A stretch of 64,000 bases of DNA from Iphione sp. A-MEVVRFRX5 (GCA_976226885.1 OZ320313.1:113336001-113400000), one strand, 5' to 3'; shown: positions 25,601-40,600, numbered from the stretch's first letter. Numbers and translations are program-made. Notes: generated by a model from the sequence alone, not told the origin.

Positions 25601-28600
25601 TAATGATTTTGAAAGACAAATAGTCCACTGGAAGACGAAACGAATCGAGCCTGGGAAGTAGGTTTGACGTGCATAATTCAATTGGCACAGACTCAGCGTT
25701 CTGCTGAGTTACGTTGTAGTCCCATTTGATCTATCTACTATAAGAGGCGGCATAACTTAATTTTGGCAGTCGTACCCGTCTGTATGGGAGAGAATGGATT
25801 GGGGATGAAGTGCTGAGGCACAGGTAGCAGTAGCCAAGACTTCGGAGGCATTTACATATTGAAAGCAATCAGGTTTGAAACACACTGTAAATACTTGTGA
25901 TTTGGTTTTGCATATATGGTTAAGCTACATAGATGTCCTAAAGGCCCTTGGCGTTTTATTTTGCGTTTTAAGGAAGACGGCGTGCACTTTGCCAGACTCT
26001 TGTAGCTTGTATTTTACCATTTCGTTTCGAAACGTCTTCTGTAACATAAACGACAGTATCTTAACTTGGTAAGCTAAAAAAACAACAAAAACATATTTTT
26101 TTAAAAATAGTCTCCAGTAGTGAAACGATGCAGTCAGTCAACACGTGGTGGATTCACTGAGGACAAGGATAAAACTATATTTATGTTCCTGTTTCAACCT
26201 GCCGAGAACGACTTTGATTGAAATATTGCATCATCTCATCTATTTTAATCAGTGTTTGGTGTTAACGATGTGTTCGGTTTTATTGTCGCACGAGTCTATT
26301 GATAGAGAATAGCATCTAACGGAATGTAACTGGAACGTCACATTAATGGAGTGCACCTATTCCCATCTAATGTCCTTCCATCTGTTTTTATTAACGCTAA
26401 TGCTAAGGTACCTCTTAAACGGACCGGCCTGCCTTCTGTTTTTCCAGGGGATCTTTAAGTAACACATTGCCAAGGGCCAAGGGCCGGCTCAACGGGGACG
26501 TTAACCACAACCTTCCCGGGTACTGGAGCGGTGACGAAGGCGAATTCAACGGTAAGCATATTCATTCAGGAAGCCGAGCTATTTATCAGACACCTTAGCA
26601 GTTAATTACAGACCTTCATGCGTCACACGGCTTGTTTGATGAGGTTAGCATTATTGTTGTGTAGAGGCTGGAAAGAGAAAGCTGAAAATCAATCAGTGTG
26701 TGATTTCATATTTATGAGAGTTCCCTTCGTTAGTTGGTGGCGGATGTCCCCGCCAGCGGAAAGATTTCATCAATGCCAGCGACAAACACGAAGGTCTATT
26801 CTTTACAGTGAAGCGCCACCTTCGCTTCTATTTGCATAATAATTTGAGAAAAAAAGTACGGTTTTGGACACTGTTCACTAAGGTTCAGTCAATGTCGTAC
26901 AAAACCAAAGCTTTTCCACTACTAAAGTTTCGTTCACATACTAAAGCATCGACAATATTGACTTCTTTCCTAAATGTGATTTTTTTGCACCGCTTTTTCA
27001 TACAAGCGCAAACTGTTCTTCGTCTTTTTACCTGATAGTTGTACTAATAAATTAATTCTACTCACGCTTTATAAACAGAATCAAAGGGTGCATTAGAACT
27101 ATTTTCATTTGGAAGAGTAATGCTACTGGGACACATCTACTTAGCAACAAATGTTAGGCAAAATCCATTCGAAATCAGTGAACGTAAAATTCAACAGTTT
27201 CCTCGTTCATTAACGGACTTTGCGTAAATAAACAAGTAACTACACTTCAGTTAAGATGTTTATCTAACCGTCATTCATTCATGTTGAGGAAATGTTTACC
27301 ATCCTTTTCCCCCCCATCTGAGTATTTTGTATTGTCGATCTCCTTTCCCATCACTCTGCCAGTTGTCAATGATTGGTTCTCTCCCGTATGGACTCGCCAC
27401 GTTCGGACGCCATTTTTTGTTAACGGTGACGAGGGATTGAGAGCTGCCAATCATTGCTGGCGTGTACCATGGTTGTCAACCCGCACCTGCATAACGCTCC
27501 TTTGCCATTGTGTTTTTTTTGCTGTTTTTCACTTTCACGCAGGTCTGTGCAAACCCGTCTTTTCTACGATAGCCTTGGACATTGGCACCTTGAATCACGC
27601 GGCTGACGATATGTCAGGATCGTCGTCAGATTCGCAGAGCAGTATCATTCTGGCCAATGGGGCGGCCACACGTCCACACGGGGCCCAGCCCGTTCCCAAC
27701 GGGGCGGGTCCAAGAGCCTCGCCCCTCAATCCGTCCAGCTCTGTCTGGTCTCCCTTCGGTCAGTGCCGTGACGTGGTGTGCTGTGTCTACTACTACTACT
27801 ACTACCACCACTTCTACCACCATTACTACTTACTACTACTTCTACTACTCACAAACACACCACCACCCCCTTCCCCCCTCCCCGGTTATACCAACTACAC
27901 CCGGTAGCTCCGAGAAATTCCCCTATTGCTGGGCACATCTGTGATTCGGTTACGTTGCCTATCATTTTTGATTTTGGTTAAATCTACGTTCATACTCGCT
28001 CTCTCATATAATCACACGATATGGACATATTTCTGATTCTAATTTGACAATATTAGGTATAAGGATCTAATAACCCTTTTTTTTACAATGTCACCAGTCT
28101 GAGAATATTTCTCTCTAAAATTAATGGGACTTCGACGTAAATTAAGTTTGGTTCGATATAACTATCCAGTGTATTCATGACGTGTGACCATATCGAAATA
28201 ACTTTTCCTCATCAGTCTTCCCGGTTTTCTCTTGCTAACGCAATTAGTGCTTCTATTCAATCTCACATTCACACTGATCTCTTTAACTTCGACGTAGGAG
28301 AGTAGTAGATGGTCGCTGGGCTTTCGACTCTAGTTAAGGAATCTTGGTGCATCATCAGCACAGAACAATGCCGCACTGCATACCGACACTACCTTGTCAA
28401 ATTCATCTTGCGCACTCCTTTCAAGGACCTGACTGAGGGAAGTCGCTTGGCATGATTAGACGATATCGTTGTATGAGGAGAATATATTTAGAGTGGCTGT
28501 TTGACAACGTGCAGTAGCTGGTCGTATGAAACGAGTGGTAGAGCACTGAAATGCTAAACCATCGAGGTGAAAGAAAATCGTCATACCAGCTGTGCCTCGA

Positions 28601-31600
28601 GTGGGTAGTTTACTGGTCTTGTGTGCTAATTGAAACTGGACACAAGTCTGTCCAAGCGTATTAATTTTAACAAAGAACGGGTGCTTATCACCCAGGTATA
28701 GAATAAACAGGATATCAAGGGTGTAATATATATTACGTATGATAAAAGTATTGGTCAGCTGGTTATCTTGTTCGTGGGGTTTCGTTGTCGAAGTAACTTT
28801 AAAGACGTACTACCCGGAGCCTTGGTGTTAAACATACATGTACATAGTTCACGGATCCGCCGGACATGGCAAGAAAAACGAATGTGCATGGAGGCATGGG
28901 CTGCTTGTCTTCGTGGTTTTAACGAGTTGTAAAGCGAATAGCATTATTTTCCTCCACAAATGGCAGGAATAAGTGAGTGCATGTAGCCCGATGTTGTTGT
29001 TGTTTTTTTCCCCATCGAAACCGAAGGTTTCCTATCTGTCTTCATTTTCGGCTGTTATCAGTGTTAAAAGTTTGACTAAGGGCGGAGTCGGAAACCATGA
29101 CCCTCATTGGTAGAAATGCACCTGCTGCACTGACTGAGTGGCACTGCAGGTCGCTGCGTGCGATCACCGAATACCATGTAATCAGGGTACTTAGGAGGGG
29201 AGCCCGACATAAAGCTGTCACCGCCAAGCATGGACCAATCTATTAATGGCTAGTTGGACTCTGTCTGCCCGTTCCCATTTTGATTATACCTAACAGACTC
29301 GTCGCCTCTGCATCCAGAGCACATGGCCGAACTGACTTTGCGCTCACACAGGCTTTCATTGGCTATAATCTTTCATCTCATTAACAGCGTCGTTATGGAT
29401 GCACTCTCAGGCAAATTGGATAAAAAGCGTGGTACTCGCCTCGTTATACATACGCAGTATTTAATCATGCGCTGCAAGTAATTATCAAAAATTTCCGTAT
29501 TCATTCAAGGCTATCAGTTTTCCAGCGTGTGTTTGCGTCTTTGTAATTGGCAGCCAAGCTTTTTTTAGAACATGGCCTTTATTTACATTATTTTAATGGG
29601 AACAAGGTAAACTCAATGCAAAAAGACGTAAGCATCTTTGAAGGCATTAGCCATGGGCTTACGAAAATTAAATGGATCTGAGCGGAGGCAAATGTTAGAT
29701 ACGATGGGATCTTTAGCAGTTCCTCTGTACCATAAACGTCTATGGGCTGTAGAATTTCAATTTTTCAAGAGCAAACTGAAGTCTCCTTTAAAGGGTGGCA
29801 TTCGCTTTTAGGGGCTAAACGGTGCAAGCTGCGTTCCTCATGAGGGCACGCTGTGAGCTGCCTAGTGCGGGCATTTGTCAGGCTTGACGGAGCAACTCAG
29901 GCACGTCAAATAGGAGAGTGGTGGTTGTGAACGCTAGTAGTGCACAAGCACAAGACAAATTGCCCCAAAATGATCCCACCCAGCTTGACCAAACTTGCGT
30001 AAAACATTCGTTTAAGTTGAAGTAGAGACATAAAATGTAATCCAGAATCATGCGTGACAGTTCCAGACAGTTAAGAAGATGAATGAGAAGGAGACCACAT
30101 GAAGGTTTTTAATAAACAGAAGATGAAACAGAACCGGAAAAATAGTGAAAACATTATCGTAGGGAATAAGATACTGATTGCTTAACCTGGACTTTCCGTC
30201 GTTTTTCTAATGAGACTATGGTACTGGTTTACTGTATTATACATTACTATTTGTATAGAAGTAAGTGTTTTTAGCTCGGCTTGAAGATCCGTAAATCACT
30301 GAATTAAAATAGAAAATGTAGGAGAATGCTTTAGATCCTTGTATAACTTTGGATCCATGTATAAAGGTCGCTTGGAATTAAAAGGCTTAGCCATTAGCGT
30401 TCGATGGCTGAGAGGGGCGATTCCATTTAGATAGGCAGGCGCATTTTAGCCACGCACTAAACGCTGAGTACCCTGCAGCTTATTTAGATGAGAAAAGCAT
30501 TTTATATCCATGATAATACTTGAAAGAATTACTTATCAGTTCTATATACTGTGCTCGAAATTAGTTTCTTCCCATAGTTACCCCTGCAGTCCCTTGTGAG
30601 GAAAACCTCGGTAATCAAGTATACACGCATACCCAGTGTATCAGCTGAACAAAGCGTTCGGACTTTTGGAGCTGCTGGAGAGGACGGCTACACGTAGATA
30701 GACTTCGAATGCCTCTACGTGTACCCGCCGTGCGCTCTTCGCTGCAACATTGAGTAGCTGTCTAAGGTGGGGTTGTAAATGGATCCTTTCAGCTTAGATG
30801 GACAAGCCAACTGCCAGAGGGACGCAGGTAGAGCCATCAGTTGCTTTCTTCTTCGTGCTTAAAAAATTACCCGAACTAGTCACGCCTCTAGAATGACAAA
30901 ACTAGAAATTGGAGCTATTGGGATTGATGTTTGCAATCAGGGATATTCTTCACATGGTATGTGGTCTTATTTACTATAATGATGGTTAAAACGGTCAGTT
31001 TAATTATTTCCATTGCCGATAACAGCCAGTTGGGGTTTGGTGGGTCGTTTGAAATTGTTGAGTTAAATAAGCAAAATAATTTTTTTTCTGGTTGAAAAGG
31101 GAGAAGGAAAATGGGAACAAATGAGATCGGAAGACCTCCAGATGGGCTCTCTGGCTGGGTCGGTTTCGCTGACAGAATTGCGGTGATTTTATTATCACTC
31201 TCCCGCTGTTTGCCCTAGCCAGCCACGCGACAGCCCGGGTGTTGCACAGCGATGGGACTTCATTCTAATGACTTCGAGGTGTAATGGACAAAACTTGTCG
31301 GTTTTCCCTGATTATCCACTAGCAGGACGAACCTTTGGATCCGCAGTAATGCTGTTAAATGCCCCGACTTCCCCTTTTCCATTGTGCTGATAGAACAGAC
31401 ACTGGTGGCTGGGGTAAGAGAGGATTATTTCGTGGTGCCTTACTCTTTCTGTTTGTTTTGTATAAAAGTACTCAAGGCTAATTTCTTCAAATACGTGTAT
31501 GTAAAAGGCATGCTTTTTGGTAATTGGGAAGTATCAAAGGACGTGTAAGTAAGTGTGTTGGTTTTGTTTTGCCCCTCCTCTTGTATCAGTCTATATACCT

Positions 31601-34600
31601 TCCTTTGCGGTGCAATAAATGCTCAGGTGTTTTACTGTAATGTAGCTTTAACCTTAGCAAAGCAATATAAGCAACCGGCCTTAGTACTGTATAATATAAG
31701 AAGTTTCGGTCTGTCGTTTTTTTCTTCTTTAGTTTATCTGTTTAGTGTAAACATGAGCTGGCACTGCGTCCGGAGGTCTGTATATGTTAGCATTAGCCAT
31801 GCTGCCTTCAGGAAGAGCAGAACGTTTTAAAAAGAGCTGCTCATTAGGGCGCTAATGATGGCGGTCCTCTCCCGACCTTCTCCAGGCGGGGCTTCCATTC
31901 ACAGCCGCCGTTTCTGACGAGCAGACAAAAGCCTCTCTTCTCATGCTGCCCCCAAGCACCTTTCCTCTCACACCATATCCATTGCTAGCGATAAGAACAC
32001 CCATTATGCGCACCGTGTTTTTTTTAGTATCATAAGAAATCATATCGCCGATGGCGGTACAACAACAGCGGAGTTTAATCGCTTGCCTGCATGCTTTTTC
32101 TTATGTATTCCTCGAATTTAGGAGAGAACCGGACGGTCAGCTACAAGCCAGTGTCTTTCGGAGGACCCCGTCCTAGTTCGTATTCGTCGCCATCCACCCC
32201 TACTCCACTTCAACAACACCAACATCAGCTTGAACAGCAGCACCTGCACCAGCAACCTCTACAGCAGTATATGGAACCACAAAGCGGTGAGTAGATTGAA
32301 ACTAGACCTGACAGCCTGGTTTTCTCTCAAAACAAGGCGTTTCGCTTTCAGGTTTTTTGAAATGTAATACAGTGTATATATTTTTTTCAGCACCTAGCGC
32401 GAAGAAGCATTATTAACCAAATTGATTTGTAATCGGACCATGTTCGATGAAAGTGGTATTTTAGCAGTCTCCTACAGAGTTGAGGGACTTCTTATGATCT
32501 TATTGTTGAATCTTGTGTTGTGACAACTAGATTTTTTAAAATCCGGAATGTAAGACAAGTGCTGAGCAAGACAAGACAAGCATTGTTAGTTTTTGCCATT
32601 TAGGAAACGTTCGGTAGCATTAAATAGGCGTCGTTCAACGCTATAATATGTCAGGAGTCATTGTACACGTATGCATACAGTGTGCGTCGGCACAAATAGG
32701 ATTATTTCTCGCGTGTATCTTAAACGAACGTGAAAGGACGCTTACCAAGCTGTCAGGCCTTTTCATGCTGTTCTCACATGATCGCACTGGGAATTGAGTT
32801 ATTGTGGTCCTCAGTCCTATCCATAGTTTGCCCGTCTCTTAATAGCACGAAGCTGGGCCGCGTACTCATAATAATGATTGATGCAATAGTCATTCTAACT
32901 GAGATTTACGGTCGGTTGATCCTCGTGCTGTTGGTGGCAGCCAACCGACCAGGACCGTCGGTTCTTCCGGTAGAACGCAGGTCGTAGAACTGCTGGGCGT
33001 AGCTCTACGTCTCATAGGAAAGGTAACCCGAGTAAGAGTAGTCCTAAAGTTATTACTTTGCAGTATTTACCATCGTTTTCCTTATAAAGTTGACCCGCAG
33101 GATGGCAGTGGAATGCTTTGGAGGCTTTGCAAGCCTTTTTCGAAATGTGTACATCAAACCTTTGTAAAGGATCATACGATTCTTTCTCGTTCTTATAAGC
33201 GAATTGATGAAAAAAAACCATGACCCTAAAATATGTATGTATTCCTTGTACCCAGACTCACTTGAAGCCATTCCTTGTGGTATAATTTTACACCTGAACC
33301 TCGCTTTATATTGTGGACTGTTCCGAGAACAGCATCATATCCTCCTTTTGGCGAAGTTGTCGAAGTTCACATATAATTACCTCTAATGATCTTTAAGGGT
33401 CTTCCTCTCCGCAATTTAGAACCATTCCAAAAACGGGGACGGCAGTGCACTCAGGTGAGGCAGCGCAGAACGAAAGCGACGGCCTGTGTGTAGTGGGCCC
33501 TCACTTGAAAGGCAAAAACTAATTGGGCCTTGTTGGAAATTAGATAAAACAAATGGATCTGTCATCGACGCAGACACCGCTACAATGATTCAATCACAGC
33601 CTCGATTGCTGCCACTGTCTGATAGCATTTTTCCACCTGCAGCCCCTCGTGCAGAGGCATGGCCGCCATTGTCTTGATGCCGATGTGCAGTGGATTGGAA
33701 CTTGCCTCGCAATTACAATTTCTCGGCACATCAAAAGAGGCCCGCTTCAAAGTCTGTATTAGCGAAACTAATGCGCCGTATGAATATAAAGTAATTCCTA
33801 TCGATGGTGCTCCGCCAGTCCCAAGCCCGCAATGTCAAACGATCACTTTACCTGGAAATTATTTATATGAGGCTAAATTTGCTGTAATGTTGGCAGATTT
33901 GTGTCGCTTGTTGATAGTATGAGACATTTGATTTCGTAAAGGGTTCTCATTGAAGACATACTATGGAGCGGTGGCGTGTGTACACCTGCAGTAAAGGAGC
34001 ACTATACGGAAGGAGCTGAGGCTATAGTCTCAAGTGGGCGCCCACTCTCGAGAGGCTTGGGCGACGGGGGTGGAGGGTTGGGGGTGGGGGGTATCCCTCA
34101 ACAGGCCCGTCACATCGGATGTAATCTCCCTGATTGGCTGACGATGATGGATCTCTCTGCCCCCATTCCTTTACATTCGGCCTCATTCCCGCTCGCGCCC
34201 CGAATCATCCCCACCTCTCCGCGCCAACCTCTAATAACGCCCGAAACATGTTCCCTACAATCCTGTTGCGGTCTTGAATGGCCATCCGGACCTCAGCTTC
34301 AAACACAGACATACACAAGCAACCACTTAACATTCATAGTCGTTTTCACCTGCTTTTGACAGCTGCCAGCATGTGGAATTCAAACAGATTTCGTATTGTC
34401 ATCCGAAAAGAATGCTCTGATGAAGACCTGCATTCTGTACTTTCCCCTCCACCATTCAGCTGTATAGGACTGGTTTTTATGCTGTTCTATCCAATTCGTT
34501 CCCCGAACTAGTCAGGCGCAATGAAGCAAACTAATTTCGCGGGTTGTCCGCCCTTGAAGTAGCGTCGCTTAGGCAGTTATTCAAATAGAATGGATTAAAG

Positions 34601-37600
34601 ACGCAAAACTCCGCTATTCAGGTTTGGGTAGTGTGATGTTCTCGGCATCTTTTAACATGTGGGTCTCATTTATTCTGTGGTATGTGTCCTTCAACAGACG
34701 GCCTAGTGGAGTGAATATCGACATTCTTTTCATTCATGTGACAGTATTTGTTAAAAAAAATCGTTTTGTCTCACCATGTACCAAGGCACGTTGCCTGTTC
34801 GTCAAAACTGGGTACATGTATATTGTTTGTAGCAGGTTTAGTCCGTGTTGATCATTTGAAGAATAAAAGGTATTTCAAAGCAAGTTAATAATATGATTGC
34901 GAACGTATTGATTCTGGCCACGAAACATCACTACTACGTTCTCGTTGAACTAAAACGTAGGTTAGGCAGAACAATTTTACAGATCAGTTGGATATGTATT
35001 CATACTTCTGTTCATCGTTAATTTATGTTCCGTTTCGAGATGTTGCGTACCATTTATATTCTGTCTCTTTTGTACGACTCTGCAGTTAATAGTCTTATAT
35101 AGTGACTCTTGTCTTGATGCTTTGTGAATTACCTCCCACCCCCCCACCTCCTTCCGGCTTTGACTGACTACCTGTTGTTTTTATCCTAGTTGTTTCTCCT
35201 CGCGCTTTAACTTTTGGCACCTCTTCTTGGCATCTGTTATAGCATTAGAGCTGCGGCCACCCTCCTACAGCCAGGTGATGGCCGGGAGTAAGCGGGTGGC
35301 GCCACGAGGGGGCGCCTCGGAGGGCTGGCAGCCCCCGCCAACCGCGCGCCAGGCCACGCGCTTCAATGGTAAACCTGTGTGACTTTGTTTCCGTAGATTG
35401 ATCAGCCGTCCGAGTGTGCCACTGCCTGCCTATCAGTGTCAAGCTGTCACCGCACTGACACAGCCTTACTCCCCCTCTCCCCCCTCTCCCTCCCCCCACC
35501 CATCCGCACGCGAATTGACTGTGAAAGAAAGAGGGATGACAGAAAAAGATCTTGACGTCAAGTTTAAAGTGAAGGATCCTCCTTCTTCTTCAAGAAAGAA
35601 TGATTTAAAACGGTGGACTGTCGTTTCAAAATTCCATCAACAGCCAGTCGTTTCTGGAAGAATTGATAAGATTAATGTCATCCCTGTACCCATTAGAAAA
35701 TTAAAGTGCATGAAAAGGGTTGCCTCTGACATGCTTAGTTTTCACCTTATTTGGAAAGTTGTGCTATAAAGAGCAGAGATACTTCATCAACACTAATCCT
35801 GTCTTGATATGAAGGTAGTTTCTAGAGGTATTGCCTTATCCACTTACATACGCATCTTTTGTCTTAGTTTTAGTTTTAGTTTTATTTTAAGTTTGGATCA
35901 TTTTCCGGTATAAAAATGATGTTCCTGTCTCGGTGTCTGTATGATTCGTTATATGCCGGTCTTATTTCCATCAGTATTTTATATAGGTTTGAGGAAGTAT
36001 GTACAGATATAACAAAAAATACTCGAATGTTATATCTTCACATGTAAACGCTTAAGACTATGAACGACATAAATTGTCATGAAAAAAGGTAGAGATTTTT
36101 GAAAGAGACAAACTTTTTGGATAACAAACACATATAGCAAAAGATTAATAATCCAAGAAAACTCCGAACGAGTTAACAGGTACACTAGAAAAATATGTCC
36201 GAAGTGACACGCCCATTTGACAAAGATTAAATCGTCAAGATTTTTTTAGGGTCAGATACATTTAGTAACCTCCTTTTTTATTCTTCATTGTAAATACTAC
36301 ACATGAGCACTTGTGTAAATGACACCCCGAATGTTCAAAAGCGAATAGCCTCATTTTTGCCCCGAAGCAATCTGCGTGACTGTAGATTACAGAGAAGCAT
36401 GGCATGTTTGTCTTCTGAGAGCTGAAAATGCCGTAAATGATAGTGAAGGAATACATTTTGTTCTTGCCCTTTTTACATCTTTACATTTGTATTTTCGTGC
36501 GCTGGAAGGACTGAAAAGGATGTGGTGATACGCACAGCTGTTTGCTGTAGGTGGTGTAGGATAGCCTTTATAAAGTCGGTTGTGCAGATTTTAGCATTTT
36601 TCCTCACGAGTTCAGATATGCGGATGCATTATGTCGGTTCCCTCTATGCGGTCTTTACATTACCTTTCTCTACACCTGTTCTTTTTACCCCTTCAGGGTC
36701 CTTATCTGCTAAAATATTCATCATGAAAGCTGGATACTGCCCGTCTCCCGCTTTTCCCCCATCACCAATGACCATCAGGCATTTATATTTCAGAGTCTGT
36801 TTGAAGTCATTCCTTTCGATTTTATGTAGATCTCAAGCAAACANNNNNNNNNNNNNNNNNNNNNNNNNNNNNNNNNNNNNNNNNNNNNNNNNNNNNNNNN
36901 NNNNNNNNNNNNNNNNNNNNNNNNNNNNNNNNNNNNNNNNNNNNNNNNNNNNNNNNNNNNNNNNNNNNNNNNNNNNNNNNNNNNNNNNNNNNNNNNNNNN
37001 NNNNNNNNNNNNNNNNNNNNNNNNNNNNNNNNNNNNNNNNNNNNNNNNNNNNNNNNNNNNNNNNNNNNGCCTGTTATTGACGAAGGGTGTTTCTCTTTAC
37101 AGTACTGGTTCGGTTCATATTGGCCTGACATACTCATATACATCAACACCCACGGAAAGTCAAGAATATATAACAAACTTTCCTTTCCTTTGAAGTGAAG
37201 GCTTGTGAGTCAGTGACCGATTTATTACTCTGTCGTTTCATATCGCAGTTTTTTTTTGCATGGTATTAACGTCACTCATTCAGTGCGAAACATATTTCAT
37301 ATTATTACAAACGTTTCACATATGTACATACATATTTCTCACATTTTTCTACCCGCAGTTCTTCCGACATGTGATGATGTGAAGACATTCAGCATTCTCT
37401 TTTATCTCCTTGCCTTATATGTGATCATTTTAATTTATGGGTGGGACAACTTATATGGCAGGGTCTACAACCTACTCAACCTGTCTCACCCACACCTAAG
37501 AACTTGTCAGGGATATCGATAGACTGAGCTTTCAGCGCCAGACCTGGCACTAGTATTAAATGGGCCCCTCCTGTATCTCATCATGATGCAGACCAGGCCC

Positions 37601-40600
37601 AGCTCACCCCGGTTCGCCTCCCCCAACCACACATACTACCTTTCGGCAAATTTGATTAACACCCCATAACGCTTCTTTCATGACGCCCATGAAATGGCAA
37701 CGTAATCCGTCTCACGCGTCCGAACGGTCATATCCGATTACCTTCGAGGCTAATAAGTTTGGCAAATTAATTCTCTGCATATCATACCGACGGGGCATGC
37801 AGTGTTGGCACCAGTGAGACGACGCATTGTCTTGTAAGTGATATATCTCTCATGCAAATCGCCACAGCAGCACCACTGTGAAAACTTGGGGATGTCCTTC
37901 AACTTTTACGGTGTGCTTTCACTTCGTTGGGATTTGGACGTATGCCTTGTCTGGAACAAGTCATTATACTTTCTCTAAAATGAACAAAATTTCATCCGGT
38001 GTGGCATCATGGCAGAATTGTGCACAAAAAGGCGGCCATACGTTCACGACTAAATTTCAGGGTGGCCTTTCCCGCAACGAATCTTGTTACTGCCAAGCGT
38101 CTTGGTGTCAATCGTACTAGTGTGATGCTGTACAGTCGTATGATGTATACTCTTTCAGCCGACGGGCTTAACCAGCCCCTCTTACAGGCCCCCAGAGGAC
38201 CTCAGGGCCCCGCCGCTAGGCCCTTGTCGCCGACCCCTTACAGGAAGCCATCGCCATCGCGCCGACCGGACGACTACATCCGGTCGGCGACGATGCCGAC
38301 GCGGCGCACTCAGGGGCCGCCGAGCTCGCCCAGCTCCAAGTCGAAGGGCCTGGCCCTCTTCCTCAAGCGGCAGCGGAAATGTACCGACGCCGAAGACGAG
38401 ATGCAGCACTTCGCCGACACGGACGAGCCTGAAGCGCCGCCGCCCTCGGGCCCGCCTGCCGACCTCGTGCCCCGCGGCAGGGTGGAGCCCACCCCTGCCA
38501 TCAAGGCGCTCCGAGGTACTGGTGCTGCCAGTAAATGGCACCAGCGGTGCATGCTGCAACCAACCCTTGTGCCCCCCCCCCCTCAGAGACCAACATGCTT
38601 TGGTCATTTACCATCCGACGCATGCTTTGAACTGCTTGCCACTGGCTGGTGTCAATGCTCGAGTCGCCCCACCCGGAGTGGAGTGAGCTCGTCGTGTTGG
38701 TTGAAGACTGCCAAGTGGATACTCACCAATGCTGATGTTAAACAAACTGACCGCTTTGTTTCTTCCCTCACAGTGCCTCGGCAGACGTACCATGATGTCA
38801 TAGCGTCGTCATGACGTCACGACCAATTCGTCCGCTGTTTTATATCTTTGTTCCATTATCCTTCATGTAACACTGCTCTAGTCTTACTGTTTACAGTTCA
38901 TGTTTACTATATGTATATCCATTGTGACGACTGCATGGGGAAAATGTTTTTAACAACGTGTCTGTATTGACTGTGTACTGCTTGATGATTGACATCTAAC
39001 CATTCAACGACTCAAATGTCACCAAAAGGACACGAAGACGTACACATGCAACAAAGAAAAATGTCAAACCTACCTGAGACTTAATTTGACATATTGTTGT
39101 ATTTTGACATTTTGGCCCAATATGTTTAAACGTGGAAGATAGCATTTTGTTGGAAACCTTTCGTTCGGAAAGAAAAAGTAGCCAGGAGATGGGGCCTGTC
39201 TTTTGCTATTTTCAAACACATTTAAACACATTTTACAAAATAGGTAAAACTAAAAAAGAAAATGTATAGAAATAGCGAGTCACCCGAGTTAAAGTAATAA
39301 GACAACGTAATTTTGTCCAACTATAGTGAACAGTGAGCAAGCCGACCTCAGTCAGCCCCAATCCGCCACGAACCCAAGCACCTCCACCACCCTAAGTCCC
39401 AGGCCGTCACCGCCAGCCGCTCACCGAGCTTCTCCTAAGCCAGGTGAGTTCAGAGGAGTAGCTCAGTTCAGTAGAAAGTAGTTAGTACCAAGTAGGTCTA
39501 CACGTGTAGTTGTTGTCACCGTGTTTTTGTCGTTCGAGTGCTGTTTAGTGTTGCACACAGACATTGGAAAAAGATCACCAAAAATAAACTAGTGGCTTCG
39601 ATGGTTGTCGAGTTGTTGAATGTGTTAATGGGCATGGGCAACATAGACGAGACGGCTGTCTCCGTTTTCATGTGACATTAATCGGATTGTTTTCACAAAA
39701 TTTGTGCTGTAATTTTATCTATATCTAAAAAAGTTTCGTCCGTTCACCATAGGTGTTTTTGGCATGTGACACAATCCCTCTAATACTTTGACAGTCGCTG
39801 TTCCACTGATGTGATTTTTCTATTTTTTTTGTTTTTTGGTAAATTCGTTTTTGTTGCACGCCTGCTGTATTTTGTGTTCACCAGAAGGGGACTCACCTGT
39901 GCATCACCTGACCGATGACCACAACAGGACGACTGGAAGGACCATCCGTGGCATTCTCAAACAGCCCGCCCCCCTCACACAGAGAGGGGCGGGGGGCCCC
40001 GTCAAGGCTGAGGGGGATAGAGCCTCGGTCAACTTTTCTCTCTCGCCCACCATGAAAGAGACCCTGGCCAATGGGCATGTGGTGGCCGAATCGCCACAGT
40101 TGCCCGGTCACCGAAACTCTAACCCTCCTGCTGAGTGTCGCTCTAACCCAGCACCCACAATACCTGACTCCTCCCTGGGTGCCCGCGTCCCTAGCAAGGA
40201 CCGGGGCCTTGCGGTGAACGGCCCGAGTGGCTTGTCCCGCCCCAATGCTCAGGACCTTAGCGTGCCTCACCCTGACATTATTGAGGACGAAGTTGAAGTC
40301 ACTGACAGTACAGATGTGACGGTAGAGGTGACTAACCACCAACAGCAGGTGACAGATGGGTGGCCGCTGGCTCCATCTAGTGATAACCATGGTCAGGGCA
40401 GTGGAGGAGTACCTGAGGCTAGTGTAATAGCCGCCGCGCCTAGACCAGGTGAGTGATAGTGTGAGGGTCGAGGGCAATCAGGCGCACTGCACAAAGGCTT
40501 GGTATGGTGAAGGTCGGCTAGCGCCAGAGAAAGTAGTATAGGGAGTGACATTTGTAGCAGCAGTTCATAAGAATCTTGCATGACGTGACTTAACGACATT

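Noticed and set aside
30689-30723. 10-bp inverted repeat tacacgtaga/tctacgtgta (and an 11-bp hairpin near 7678-7717)
   Set aside because: Short stems at a frequency compatible with chance; no associated element.
33420-33454. 35-nt segment with gtgagg donor
   Set aside because: Breaks the frame between phase-1 exons.
36480-36720. Minus-strand fragments vaguely like a piggyBac C-terminal Cys-rich domain
   Set aside because: Too few conserved cysteines, multiple stops, and no TIR or TTAA found.
36522-37193. 223-aa and 128-aa ORFs
   Set aside because: Artefacts of translating through the N gap.
38516-38814. ORF read-through past the 38515 donor (and similarly 45501-45799) as alternative C-termini
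   Set aside because: Composition changes to intron-like, and I found no nearby polyA signal; not supportable without RNA data.
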